Shown here: positions 30,594 to 41,600 of the stretch, piece after piece
Position numbering within the stretch: the first letter of the stretch is position 1
Layout: every line of letters starts with the position of its first letter
Notes under the pieces: model-generated
The model's input: the letters and a program-made list of their open reading frames with translations, nothing else
Told to the model about the DNA's origin: nothing
Databases searched by the model: none
NCBI GenBank assembly: GCA_041937175.2
Contig: CP166615.1
Location: forward strand, 2,432,001 to 2,496,000
Direction: 5' to 3'
Source of the DNA: Limnothrix sp. BL-A-16
GTDB taxonomy: Bacteria; Cyanobacteriota; Cyanobacteriia; CACIAM-69d
Length of the DNA: 64,000 bases
Translations under genes and position numbers: made by a program

Positions 30594-32696
30594 CTAGACC
30601 GTGCTGCTGGAAACCGCTTCCGTGGGCGATCGGGGAACCGTGCGAGCCACGCGGGCCCGCTGTCCCCAAGTGAGGTCGATCGCATAGCACCGGGCCAGCA
30701 CCCGCAACCACAGACCCGGCGCGCGCTGCTCCAACCAAGGTTGAATTCGGCGGGCGATCGCCGGTAACCACCCCAGCAGCCAAGCCACCAAGCTCGACAG
30801 GGTAAAGGTGACATAGCTGCCCATCCAGCGCCACAAATCCCAAGGGCCCGCCGAATCCCAGATCCACCACAGCAGCATCGGGTTTTGCACCGCCGCCTTC
30901 AGGGCCAGGCGATTGAACAACCACCAATCAAACCGATCCTTAATGAAGCGATCGGCCACATCCTCTTCGGCATCGGCCAACAGGCCAAAGAAGGTATTCA
31001 GCATGGAGTTCACCCGTTCGGGCGGCAACGTGCGGCCCGTGGGCACCATCATCCCCTTCGAGAACATCCAGGTGACCGCCACGTTGCTTTGGTAAGCCCG
31101 GATTGATCCCAAGTCCTGTTCCGTTAGCAAGTCATGTTTCAAGGCCGTATCCAGCAGATCTGTGAGCCGGCCCAAGTTGCGAATCATGGACCCAAAACCG
31201 GTGAACACCAGGGGAGATTGCAATGAAGCGGCATCTCCCAGGGCCAGGAGGCGATCGAACGAGACGCGCCGCTCACCCTCGCTTTGGCTGAAGTGACCGG
31301 GAATATAACCAAAGGTGGCCTTGCCCCAGGTCAGCTTGTCCAGGTCGCAGCGGCGATATTCCGGCAGGATGCTGAAAAAGTCCTCATACATTTCCAGTAG
31401 GGAGCCGGGATTTTCGGGGTGAACTTGGTGGTAGTGGAACAGATAAACGGTCACGGCCTTGCCCCCAATGGGGAACAGCTCCCAAATCAGTTGCCGGCCG
31501 CGGGAAATGTCCCCATGGCTGAACAGTACGTCGCCATAGTCCAAATCCCAGACCGGCCAATCAATCCCATTGGCAATCACGGCCCCCACGGTGGGACAAA
31601 CGCTATCGAAAGCGCGGGTTCCATTCAGTTGCCAGGCGATCGGGGAAGCCGTGCCCATGGCATCAATCAGCAACCGACCGGCCACTTGGCGAGTTTCCCC
31701 CGTGGGCAAGTGGTTGGCGGTCATGGTGATTCGATCGCCCATCACGTCCGCCCGCTCAAATTCCGTTTCGTCCCAAATGTCGCCGCCCGCTTCCCGCAGC
31801 TTTTGACCACAAAGCTGAATGATTCGATCGGCTGCGATCGCCACATTCAGCACCGTCGGCGTGTGCAGCACATTGGCCCGCGCTTGCGGTGGATTGTTGG
31901 CATCAAAAAACTTGTGAAATCCATCGCGATATTCCGTGGCGATCAATCCTTCCACCTCAGCGGGTGTGAATAGGCCCAGGTCGATCGGCACTTGCAACTC
32001 TTCCCGGGAAATATTCCACTCCCGATTCATGCGGCCAAAGGGCAACCGCTCCAGCAACAACACCCGATAGCCCAACCGCGCCATCATCGCCGCATGAATG
32101 ACCCCCAAGGCCCCGCCCACATAGATCAAGTCATAGGCAATGGCCGGCAATGGGTCGGGGTTTTGTCCCTGAGCAGTCTGGCTCTGAGAAATCCGGCCCT
32201 GAGAAGTCTGGCCCTGAAAAATAACCTGCTTATGTTGCTGAGGATTCCGCACCGCTTCCCGCCAGCGCTTTTCCCACCAATAGGCCCGCAACAAATCCCG
32301 TTCACCATTGGGCATCCGTTGGAAATACTTAGCGGTTTGCGGATACTTGGGCGCAAGGGCTTCAAAAATATTGCTCTTTGTTAAGTCAATCTCAGGAAGT
32401 TCCGGGTAGGTGGTGGGGAATTTTTCGGCCACCTGTTGCCGCATGGCCCGCACCAAAGCCTCTTCCCCCGCGATCGGGCGATCGCTCCACCGAAACAACT
32501 TGAGATAGGTGGTGCGCTGCAAAGACCAAACGCAACCCGCCACGGTTTCCCCATCCCGATCGCCCGCCGGTTGCCAGCGAAACCCCGTGGGAGCCGCTAC
32601 CTTCACCCCGCTGGGAACCATAAACTCTTGCTGCAACCAGTTCAGCACCGTTGCGGCTTCCGGAGTCGGCACTTCCAGATAAAGCAGTTCTTTCAT
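30594..32696 (-). CDS. cruA: CruA-type lycopene cyclase (flavin-dependent)
   Basis: YDLIYVGGALG, GRMNREWNIS, GDAASLQSPLVFTGFG; 700 aa with an N-terminal extension typical of CruA rather than CruP. Confidence 0.8.
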   Translation of the reverse strand: MKELLYLEVPTPEAATVLNWLQQEFMVPSGVKVAAPTGFRWQPAGDRDGETVAGCVWSLQRTTYLKLFRWSDRPIAGEEALVRAMRQQVAEKFPTTYPELPEIDLTKSNIFEALAPKYPQTAKYFQRMPNGERDLLRAYWWEKRWREAVRNPQQHKQVIFQGQTSQGRISQSQTAQGQNPDPLPAIAYDLIYVGGALGVIHAAMMARLGYRVLLLERLPFGRMNREWNISREELQVPIDLGLFTPAEVEGLIATEYRDGFHKFFDANNPPQARANVLHTPTVLNVAIAADRIIQLCGQKLREAGGDIWDETEFERADVMGDRITMTANHLPTGETRQVAGRLLIDAMGTASPIAWQLNGTRAFDSVCPTVGAVIANGIDWPVWDLDYGDVLFSHGDISRGRQLIWELFPIGGKAVTVYLFHYHQVHPENPGSLLEMYEDFFSILPEYRRCDLDKLTWGKATFGYIPGHFSQSEGERRVSFDRLLALGDAASLQSPLVFTGFGSMIRNLGRLTDLLDTALKHDLLTEQDLGSIRAYQSNVAVTWMFSKGMMVPTGRTLPPERVNSMLNTFFGLLADAEEDVADRFIKDRFDWWLFNRLALKAAVQNPMLLWWIWDSAGPWDLWRWMGSYVTFTLSSLVAWLLGWLPAIARRIQPWLEQRAPGLWLRVLARCYAIDLTWGQRARVARTVPRSPTEAVSSSTV

Positions 32697-32984
32697 GGAT
32701 TGGGTTCTGATTACTCAAATCGTAAACGGGCGTAAAAAGAAGCGTTTTGCAACAAACTTGCAACCAAAGCGGGAGTGTTTCCTTTTTTAGGGTGAAGTTT
32801 TTCAGCCCTTGGGGTGCTGTGGACGCTGCAAAGCTCGCCTGAAAAGCATCTCAGGCTTTGGCGATCATTTCCATCATCGCGTGTTTCCGAGGCCCTAGCC
32901 AAGCGGCGGATCCCCGCTCAGTGGCCACGAACCCCGGAGGCGAGCTGGTTTCACCTGTGATCTTAAGCAATCCTGGAAATATCC

Positions 32985-33012
32985 TTGACAGACGAAAGAA
33001 ATGCGCTATCCT
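32985..33012 (+). promoter_or_regulatory. Sigma70-type promoter candidate
   Basis: TTGACA-16 nt-TATCCT. Confidence 0.5.
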
Positions 33013-33039
33013 TCCGTTTACTCAAAATAATTAATAAAC

Positions 33040-33057
33040 TTTACAGAAGTTTACAAA
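33040..33057 (+). promoter_or_regulatory. HLR1 (RpaB) site candidate
   Basis: TTTACAGA-AG-TTTACAAA matches (G/T)TTACA(T/A)(T/A)-N2-repeat with one mismatch. Confidence 0.6.
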
Positions 33058-33516
33058 TATCGAGAGTAATTGCCTAAGCTGACTTAACAGGGCTGACTTA
33101 ACAGGGGCGATCGCATCGGGATCGCTCCCTGGAGATCGGAATTGACCTGCCCGTATTGACCTGTTCTGTATTGACCTGTCTGTAAACACCTTGCGGGTTC
33201 CCTGGATCTGCAAGCGGTCTGGGGACAGGCGAGCTTGATCAAGCCGGATGGTTGATGGGTTGCCCCACTACGCCACCGAATGGCCGACCTCGCCTGTCCC
33301 CAGGATGCCCAATTGAGTTGGGTTTTGACTGGGGTTGGATGGGGGTTCAGCAAGATTGCTAGATGAGATGGCTGGACAAAATTTGGTGATCTCTGGGCGA
33401 TCGCGCCTGCCCTTGCTAACCCAAAACCGGACAACCCTGTGGGCCTCAATGCTCGTTGCCCGTTGAAGTTTCGCTTGCTGTCCTTGGGAAATGAATTTCC
33501 CGATCGCTCCCCGCTC

Positions 33517-33549
33517 AACACACCTTTTCGATTCGGAGTTTCGGTTGTG
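33517..33549 (+). ncRNA. PsrR1 (SyR1)-like conserved core; ends undefined
   Basis: AACACACC...TCGGAGTTTCGGT directly before the start of a small conserved ORF; match is from memory of psrR1 loci. Confidence 0.45.
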
Positions 33550-33807
33550 AATGCGTTTAATCCAACCTATGGCCAGTCGCCCTATGGCCAGCCGCGCCCC
33601 CGCAGGGCGGAGTTAGCCCCCTCAGGCGAAGGCTTGATTGATTCGATCGCCGATGCCATCACCGTGGCGATCGCGGCGGCCCGGGCCAAGGGCCAGTCCT
33701 TGGAAGATCTGACGGCGGAAGTGCTGGCGGATGATAACTTGCTGGATGGTGAGTCCCGGCGCTGGCTGAGTGATGTGGTGGCCCGCACCTGGGAACAACT
33801 GCACTAG
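33547..33807 (+). CDS. Conserved cyanobacterial small hypothetical protein
   Basis: AR..GQSLEDLTAEVLADD.LLD...RRWLS.VVA..W; GTG 33547 preferred. Confidence 0.75.
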   Translation: MNAFNPTYGQSPYGQPRPRRAELAPSGEGLIDSIADAITVAIAAARAKGQSLEDLTAEVLADDNLLDGESRRWLSDVVARTWEQLH

Positions 33808-33892
33808 GCGATCGCGGCCAGGAAACTGCACTAGGCGAGCAAACTAGGCGAGCAAGCGATCAAACTAGGCGATCGCAGCTAGAGAGTCGCCC

Positions 33893-35140
33893 CTAGGCAA
33901 CCCAGCGCCCGATCGCCACGCCTAAGGTGGACACCCCCGCCATCACCAGCAGGCGTTGGGTTGGGGACAAATTTTGTTCAACCATAATTGTCCAAAGGGG
34001 CATGGCGGAAAAGGTGAAGGCCAAGGCTCCCAGCATCCCCAGCCACACAAACCCCAATGTCAAATTAATGACCGTGACAGCGGAAGCCAAGGCCAACAGG
34101 GCGTTGCGTAGGGCCCCGACCCAGGAAATATGCATCAGAAATTTGGTGAGCAGGCCAACGGTTAGCCCGGTGGCCCCACCCAACAGAATGCTCAACACCT
34201 GCTGGGGCAGCGGAACCGCCAGGACGATCGCCATGGCCCCGCCGGTTAGGGCCAAAAAACCCCATTGCAACCCGGCTATCCCCGCCAGGGAACTGAGGGC
34301 CAGCAGCAGCCAACTTTGGGGCGGCGGATCCAAAACCGCTAGACTGCTGCCCCAGAGTGCATAACCCAAAAGCCAGAGGGTTAGTAGTGGCCATGGCAGG
34401 CGCTGGCCGGCTTCCCAAAGGTTCCCGGGTCTGGGGGGTGGCGGCGGCGGGCCCGCGTTGGGAACGGCGAAGTTGGGATTGCTCATCAGATAGCGATGGG
34501 GCCGATCGGGCGGGGGTGCGTCCGTTGGTGCATCGGTGGATTCGACCGCCCCGCTCGCCGCGCGATCAACAGGATTCGACTGGACTGAATCGATCGCCCG
34601 ATCGGTGGCCGGTTCCGTCTTGGGCAAGGGGGCGACGGGGCCCGGTTGCCAATCGGCGCTGAAGGGTTGTCCATCAGGCATGGTGGCGGCGGTGAAATCC
34701 CCTTGGGCGATCGGTTCCGAATCCCAATCGAAGATCGCGTCGGTCAAGTCCGCGGCCGCAAAACAAGCCCCGGTCAACATTGCGCCGGTTAAGTTCGCCC
34801 CCCGCAAATTTGCCTGCCGAAAGTCAGCCGCCGACAAATCCGCCCCTTGCAGTTGGGCTTCCGACAGTTGGGCATTGACAAAGCTGGCTCGGCTAAAATT
34901 TGCCTTTTGGGCATTGACTCGATCGAGCCGGGCCGCACGCCACTGACTTTCCGCCGCCGACACCTTTAGCAACGTGGCCCCGCTGCAATCCGTTTCGCTC
35001 AAATCAGCCCGATCGAGCTTGGCTTGGCGCAGGGACAGCCCCACCAACGACAGCTTTCGCAAACATTGGCCTTCCAGGCTCACCCAAGGAAAGTCGCGCC
35101 GTCCCCGATCGAGCGCCAATTGAAACTCCGACAACTCCAT
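33893..35140 (-). CDS. Pentapeptide-repeat protein with C-terminal membrane domain
   Basis: A(D/N)L.. repeats, Pro-rich linker, several hydrophobic helices. Confidence 0.85.
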   Translation of the reverse strand: MELSEFQLALDRGRRDFPWVSLEGQCLRKLSLVGLSLRQAKLDRADLSETDCSGATLLKVSAAESQWRAARLDRVNAQKANFSRASFVNAQLSEAQLQGADLSAADFRQANLRGANLTGAMLTGACFAAADLTDAIFDWDSEPIAQGDFTAATMPDGQPFSADWQPGPVAPLPKTEPATDRAIDSVQSNPVDRAASGAVESTDAPTDAPPPDRPHRYLMSNPNFAVPNAGPPPPPPRPGNLWEAGQRLPWPLLTLWLLGYALWGSSLAVLDPPPQSWLLLALSSLAGIAGLQWGFLALTGGAMAIVLAVPLPQQVLSILLGGATGLTVGLLTKFLMHISWVGALRNALLALASAVTVINLTLGFVWLGMLGALAFTFSAMPLWTIMVEQNLSPTQRLLVMAGVSTLGVAIGRWVA

Positions 35141-35250
35141 GGCAACGAATCATCCCCCTACCGCGCAATGCGGCAACCCATGGCGTTAAGCTATGGAGCA
35201 GACTCCATCAGCAATCGTTCCCTATTTTGGCTTCAAAAGCAGCTTGACCC

Positions 35251-35772
35251 ATGCCTCGAACTCAAAAAAACGACAATTTTATTGACAAAACCTTTACGGT
35301 GATGGCGGACTTGATTCTGAAAGTGCTGCCCACCAACAAAAAAGCGAAAGAAGCTTTTGTTTATTACCGAGATGGTATGTCTGCCCAAGGCGAAGGTGAA
35401 TATGCAGAAGCCTTGCAAAACTACGAAGAAGCCCTGAACCTAGAAGAAGATCCCTACGATCGCAGCTTCATTCTGTATAACATGGCCTTGATTTTTGCCA
35501 GCAATGGCGAACGGGAAAAAGCCGTTGATTACTATCATCAAGCCCTTGATCAGAATCCGCGAATGCCCCAGGCCCTGAATAACATTGCCGTGATTTATCA
35601 CTACAACGGCGAGCAGGCCCAAGCCAGCGGCGAAGACGAAGCAGCCGAGCGCTGGTTCGACAAGGCGGCGGAATATTGGAAGCGGGCCATTCGCTTAGCG
35701 CCCAACAACTACATCGAGGCCCAAAATTGGTTAAAAACCACCGGTCGATCGAACATGGATATCTTCTTCTAG
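35251..35772 (+). CDS. ycf3: Photosystem I assembly protein Ycf3
   Basis: [44 protein letters not shown]. Confidence 0.98.
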   Translation: MPRTQKNDNFIDKTFTVMADLILKVLPTNKKAKEAFVYYRDGMSAQGEGEYAEALQNYEEALNLEEDPYDRSFILYNMALIFASNGEREKAVDYYHQALDQNPRMPQALNNIAVIYHYNGEQAQASGEDEAAERWFDKAAEYWKRAIRLAPNNYIEAQNWLKTTGRSNMDIFF

Positions 35773-35941
35773 GTTGATTTTTTCATCATTTTTCAATCGG
35801 CTGGATACTCGTTTTCGAGTTGAGATCTAGATTGATTCTTGAGTCCATCCTTGAGTTGATTCTGGATTAATCCTTGGATGAATACCCGAGGGATGAATGC
35901 TGAAGTCGATCGTTCACAGATCATGGCAGACCTGGGGCTTA

Positions 35942-36163
35942 GGCTTGTCGTCAAATCGCCCAAAGCCCTGACTCCATCGCTAACCGATTGGGTAGTGGAC
36001 AAGGGGTTTAGGGCCGGTCGTCACTTAGCACGAAACCCTAGAGCTGCCGTTAGCGGATCGTAGGGGACAAGGGGCTTAAGCCCCTTGTTAGGACGATTGA
36101 GCGACGATCAGACATAGGAAAATCAGCCATTTCAGCTCGATCTCAGTAAATGACGACAGGCCC
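35942..36163 (+). mobile_element. Nested MITE stack: extra left arm plus a full 153 bp copy (36011-36163)
   Basis: Full copy TIRs GGGCCGGTCGTCACTTA / TAAATGACGACAGGCCC (15 of 17 complementary) with TA on both sides. Confidence 0.72.
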
Positions 36164-36266
36164 TAGGGCGATCGCCTAGTATTGCCACTTAGGATTCAAT
36201 TTCTCGATCTGTTGGGATCCTGGAAATTGACCTTTCAACAAGCAAACCATCGCAATTAGAGCTGCT

Positions 36267-36557
36267 ATGAGCCTCAGTTTGGACGAAGTTCGCAAAGTTG
36301 CCCATTTGGCGCGAATTCAACTGACCGCTGAAGAGGAGGAAAAATTCGCCGCCCAACTCAACAACATCCTGACCTATGTGGAACAGTTGAGCGAGTTGGA
36401 CGTGACCGATGTGGAACCCACCACCCGGGCGATCGATGTGAATAATGTGATGCGTCCTGATCAACTCGATCGCTACACCGATCGGGAAGGGCTGTTGGGC
36501 TGCGCACCCGATCGTGATGAAGATTTCTTCAAAGTGCCCAAGATCTTGAACAGCTAA
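36267..36557 (+). CDS. gatC: Asp/Glu-tRNA amidotransferase subunit C
   Basis: V.KVAHLAR, IL.YVEQL.ELD..DVEPT, FFKVPKI. Confidence 0.96.
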   Translation: MSLSLDEVRKVAHLARIQLTAEEEEKFAAQLNNILTYVEQLSELDVTDVEPTTRAIDVNNVMRPDQLDRYTDREGLLGCAPDRDEDFFKVPKILNS

Positions 36558-36605
36558 ACGGGCGATCGGGTTAGGCACTCTGACCCATCCAAACATTACA
36601 CGGGG

Positions 36606-36632
36606 TGGGCGGATTCAATTCCGCCCATTTTT
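36606..36632 (+). terminator. Intrinsic terminator after gatC
   Basis: TGGGCGGA-TTCAAT-TCCGCCCA followed by TTTTT. Confidence 0.65.
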
Positions 36633-36653
36633 ATGGCTCACGCAAGCTGGCTC

Positions 36654-37781
36654 ATGCAATACCGACGATTTGGCAAAACTAATCTTCAACTATCCGTCTT
36701 TTCCTTGGGGACAATGCGCTGCTTGGATTCTGCCGAGCAGGCGGCCGAAGTGTTTGCTCGGGCGATCGAGCTAGGGATTAACCATCTGGAAACCGCCCGG
36801 GGTTATGGAGCCAGCGAAGTTTTTGTGGGCCAGGCGATCGCCCAAGGAATTGTGCCGCGCGATCGAGTCATTCTCACCAGCAAACTATTACCCACCGGCA
36901 GCCCAGAAGAGATCGATCGGCAACTGACCGAATCCCTGGAACGCCTGCAAACGCCCTATTTAGATTGCTTAGCCATTCATGGGGTAAATCTGCCAGAGCA
37001 TTTAGATTGGATTCAAGACCAACAATCGGGCATGGCCGCATTGCATCGGGCCTTGGCTGATGGTCGAATTCGCCATTTAGGATTTTCCACCCATGGGCCC
37101 TTGGCTTTGATTTTGCAGACCATTGCCACCGGTCAATTTGAGTTTGTCAATTTACATTTCAACTACTTTTTTCAACGCAATGCCCCCGCTATTCAAGCGG
37201 CCCTCGATCGGGATTTGGGCATTTTCATCATTTCCCCCGCCGACAAAGGGGGACGGCTCTACACCCCGCCGCCCACCTTGAGCCAACTCTGTGCGCCCCT
37301 GTCGCCGTTGGGGGCCGGTTACCGTTGGCTGCTGGCCCAACCGGGGATCACCACCCTGAGCGTTGGCCCCGCCAAGGTGGAAGAGCTAGCGGCGATCGAA
37401 CCCTGGATTGAGCGCACCGAACCCCTCAGCGCGGAAGAGCAGGCGATTTTTAATCGGCTCGATCGACACCAAATCGCCGCCCTCGAAACCGATCGTTGTG
37501 CCCAATGCTATGCCTGCTTGCCCTGTCCCGAGGAAATCCAAATTCCGGAGGTGTTGCGGCTGCGTAATCTGGCGGTGGCTTTCAAAATGGTGGACTTTGG
37601 CCGCTATCGCTACGGCATGTTTGAAAATGCTGGACATTGGTTTCCAGGCCAACGGGGCGATCGTTGCACGGAATGTGGTGATTGCTTGCCCCGTTGCCCC
37701 GAACAATTAAACATTCCCGACCTGTTACAAGACACCCACGATCGACTCAGCGGCCGTTGGGGTCGTCGCCTTTGGGATTAG
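36654..37781 (+). CDS. Aldo/keto reductase with C-terminal 4Fe-4S dicluster
   Basis: YRRFGKT, ETARGYG.SE, GFSTHG, CAQCYACLPCP and CTECGDCLPRCP. Confidence 0.9.
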   Translation: MQYRRFGKTNLQLSVFSLGTMRCLDSAEQAAEVFARAIELGINHLETARGYGASEVFVGQAIAQGIVPRDRVILTSKLLPTGSPEEIDRQLTESLERLQTPYLDCLAIHGVNLPEHLDWIQDQQSGMAALHRALADGRIRHLGFSTHGPLALILQTIATGQFEFVNLHFNYFFQRNAPAIQAALDRDLGIFIISPADKGGRLYTPPPTLSQLCAPLSPLGAGYRWLLAQPGITTLSVGPAKVEELAAIEPWIERTEPLSAEEQAIFNRLDRHQIAALETDRCAQCYACLPCPEEIQIPEVLRLRNLAVAFKMVDFGRYRYGMFENAGHWFPGQRGDRCTECGDCLPRCPEQLNIPDLLQDTHDRLSGRWGRRLWD

Positions 37782-37904
37782 GCAGCAGGATATCGGTATC
37801 GTGAAGGGTTTCAGGCAATCTTTGAAAAAGTATTTGAAAGGATGTTTGAAGGGATATCTGAAGAATAGTTTTCAGCACAAATCAAGCAATCATCATCGTT
37901 GGGG

Positions 37905-37924
37905 CAAGGGGCTTAAGCCCCTTG
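37905..37924. repeat. Solo CAAGGGGCTTAAGCCCCTTG palindrome
   Basis: Perfect 20 bp palindrome. Confidence 0.85.
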
Positions 37925-38691
37925 TCTGGATCAGTTGGTGAGATCCGCAAGGTAGCCGTTTAGGCCTTTCAGATATCCCCTGAGGGATGGAAGTCATTGC
38001 CGCAATCCAAATCTAGAGAACAGTACAAATTTTTTTGAATTTTGTTTCTAAGTCGAAGTTCAAATCGAGGTACAAATCTTTTTTGAGTTCCTCATAAAAC
38101 CTGGCAGGCAGCAGACCAGACTGTTTTCTGATTTCCTTCACTTTATTCTTCAAAAGATTACGCTTCAAGTTGGCTCAAAAAGTGAATTTTTAGATCATTT
38201 CTAAATATTTTTAAAATTATCTCTAAAGCATCTTTAAGTTTCTTTTGAACCATTTGTAAAACACTTTTCTGTTATTTTTGCGACCATTTCTACAACAATA
38301 TTACGTAATCTTTACAACACACAGACAGAGGATCGGAAATATACTGAAAACATATCCAAAATCTACCCAGATCAGACCTAAGACTCCTGTCAAAAACAAT
38401 CGAAATATTAAATCTTTCTTAAAGATCCGAGAAATTCGAGTATGGATTTGAACCCTTGATCGAATCCGGATTCAAGAATCATTATTGATGATCTTTAAAA
38501 AACACAGAGGTTTCTAAAGATTGCTGATAGTAAAAGCTAAAAAAACAAAAAGATTCCTCTATTTTCATGGCAAACGCGCTACATCTGACATAGGGAATTT
38601 TGAGCCTTTGAACCTGGTTCCTAGTCCCTGCTAAGGAAATCAACCTAAGTAAACCTGTATGTTTGATGCCGCTCCTTTGGGAGAATATGCC

Positions 38692-41600
38692 ATGGCCAGC
38701 ACTCAAGACGAGCAATCGTTGACGATGAGAGCCGAAGAAATTCGGGTCGTTGGCGTTGTCCAAGGAGTCGGCTTTCGTCCCACGGTTTATCGATTGGCGA
38801 TCGAATGTGGACTGATGGGATCGGTGGCGAATGATGGAGTTGGCGTGGTGATTCGGATTGCGGGATATCCGGATCAAATTGATGTTTTTTTGCAACGGCT
38901 TTATCAGGAAAAACCGCCCCTTTCCCGCATTGATACGCTGATCCGAACCCCGATCGCCCTATCGGAATTGATGGAGCCAGGACTGCCGTTGCCGAGTGGC
39001 AACCTGTCCGTTGTTTCTTCGCCGGAATCTGGTGCATTGGACAGGCTGGCGGCCCCTGAGCAATTACCTGAGCAATTACCTGAGCAATTACCCGCAGAAT
39101 CAGCAGCCGAATCCGCGACAGAGCGGCTAACGAACTTGCCCACAGGGCCATCCAGGTTCACAGCGACCTTTGAGTCTGAATCCGGCGATCTCACTTGGGA
39201 TGAACAGTCGATCGCCCTGGGGCAAGAGACGGCGATGCAAATTCAGCGAAATCGCCAGGCAGCTCAGGCTCACGGTCATCAAGGGCATTTAGCAGCGGGC
39301 AAGTTTGAAGGCCCGCGCTGCCCCCTGCATTTGCACCCGCAACATCGCTCCACCTATGACCAAGCCCCAATGGCGGAATCGGTGGTAACGGAGGAAACCG
39401 CGCCGCCAGTCCCGTTGCGGGGCGTGGCGGTTACGAAAAACAGCGCGATCGAGCAGCAGGCTGGGGAACCTTACGGAAAGACGCTGGCGATCGATCCCCT
39501 GGAGGAAGCAACGATTGGGCAAGGGGGAGCCGCAAATCACAGCCGATCGCACTGGTTTGGCAGGGGCCCCGAGGATGAGCGGCCTGCCCCCAGCACCACC
39601 GAAGCTGGCGCGAGATCCGAAATCGATGCGCGGTTGGATTCCTTTGATCGCGGGCTAAACCAGGGCTTGGATCAAGACTTGAATCAAGACTTGGATCAGC
39701 CCCTGGATCCGGAGTTATCCAACTCCTTGGCGGAGGAACTGGCGGAACTCTTGGAGCCGGCCATCAATCGGCTGCGGCCCTTGGAACCGGTGGAATCGCC
39801 CAAGGCTCCCATGGGGCCGATCGTGCCGGTGGTGTTAGATGATGCGGAGCCGGGGCCGGCTTTATATACGCCGCTGCAACCCCCGCCCCCGATCGTGTCT
39901 CGATCGGCTCCTTCGCCGGTTTCCCATCGCAGCCGCGCCTTGGATTTGTCTTCGGCGGAACTGCTAGGGCGATCGCCCTTGTCTTTCCGAATTTTGGAGA
40001 GCCAGTCGGGCCCGGTGCGCACCCAAATTGCGCCGGACACGGCCACCTGTGCCGCCTGCCTGCGGGATTTGCACGATCCCCACAGCCGGTATTATCACTA
40101 TCCCTTCGTGAACTGCACCCATTGCGGGCCGCGGCTGACGGTGATTCGCTCCCTACCCTACGATCGGGTGCGCACCAGCATGGTGGGATTTCAACTCTGT
40201 CCCGACTGCCAGCGCGATTACGACAATCCGAGCGATCGCCGCTTCCATGCCCAGCCCACGGCCTGCCCGGAATGCGGGCCGCGCATTTGGTTTGAGCGCC
40301 CCAGCCAGCAACGGCCGATCGTGAAGGATGAGCAGGCGATCGCCCAGGCGGCGGAAGCGATTCGCCAAGGAGCGATCGTGGCCATTAAAGGCTTGGGCGG
40401 CATCCATTTAGCCTGCGATGCCACCCAGGAGGCCGTGGTGCAACGGCTGCGGGCCCGTAAACATCGCCCCCACAAGCCCTTGGCGGTGATGGCCCGCAAT
40501 TTGGAGTCTGTGCGGCGGTTTTGCACAGTCAGTGATCACGAGCGATCGCTCCTCTTGGGGGGTGCTGCCCCGATCGTGCTGCTCAACATCCACGATCCCC
40601 ATTACTTGGCTCCATCGGTGGCCCCTGACATGACGGAAGCGGGGGTGATGTTGCCCTACTCCCCCCTGCATCATCTGCTGATGATTGCGGTGGATCGGCC
40701 CATTGTGCTGACCAGTGGCAACCGGGCCGGCAATCCCCAATGCATTGACAACCACGAAGCCCATCTTCAGTTGCAGTCGATCGCCGATGCCTTTTTGCTT
40801 CACAATCGATCGATCCTGAATCGGGTGGATGATTCGGTGGTGCGGGTGTTGCCCACTTCGGTGCAGGTAATTCGCCGATCGCGCGGCTACGCTCCCAGTT
40901 CCATTAACCTGCCGCCGGGCCTCACCAGCAGCCCGCCGATCTTGGCCCTGGGCAGCGATTTGAAAAACACCATTTGCCTCTCGCGGGACGGGCAAGCGAT
41001 CCTCTCGCCTCACCTTGGAGATTTGGACTCGCCCGCCTGCCTCCAGGCCTACAGCACCGCGATCGCGGACTTGCGCAACTTGTTTGACCACCGCCCCAGC
41101 GCGATCGCCGTGGATCTGCACCCGGATGGCCAGGCCGTGAAGGTGGGTGAGTCCTTGGCCAAGGCTTTGGAAGTGCCATTGCTGCGCATTCAGCACCACC
41201 ATGCCCACATTGCCGCCTGCTTGGCCGATAACCAATGGGGATTCGATCGCCCGCCCGTTTTGGGCATTGCCCTAGATGGATTTGGGTGGGGCAGCGATGG
41301 CACGGTTTGGGGCGGCGAGCTGCTGTGGACCACCTACGAGCAATATCACCGAGTCGGGGCCCTTTGGCCAGCGCGGTTACTGGGGGGCAACCGCGCCGCT
41401 CAGGAGCCTTGGCGGAATTTATACGCCCAGTTCCACGCCACGGGAATGCTCGATCGGGTGAATTCCGAGGATTGGTTTGCCCAAAAGCCGCTGAATCTGC
41501 TGACGGGCATGGCCAAAACGGGGTTCAACAGTCCTTGGACTTCATCCTGTGGACGGTTGTTTGATGCGGTGGCGGCCTTTTTGGGCTGTGCGCCCGACTG

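Noticed and set aside
38971..39978. Intein or intron in hypF
   Set aside because: No terminal HN-C/S/T junction, Hint blocks or LAGLIDADG motif; low-complexity composition; no group I/II intron hallmarks seen
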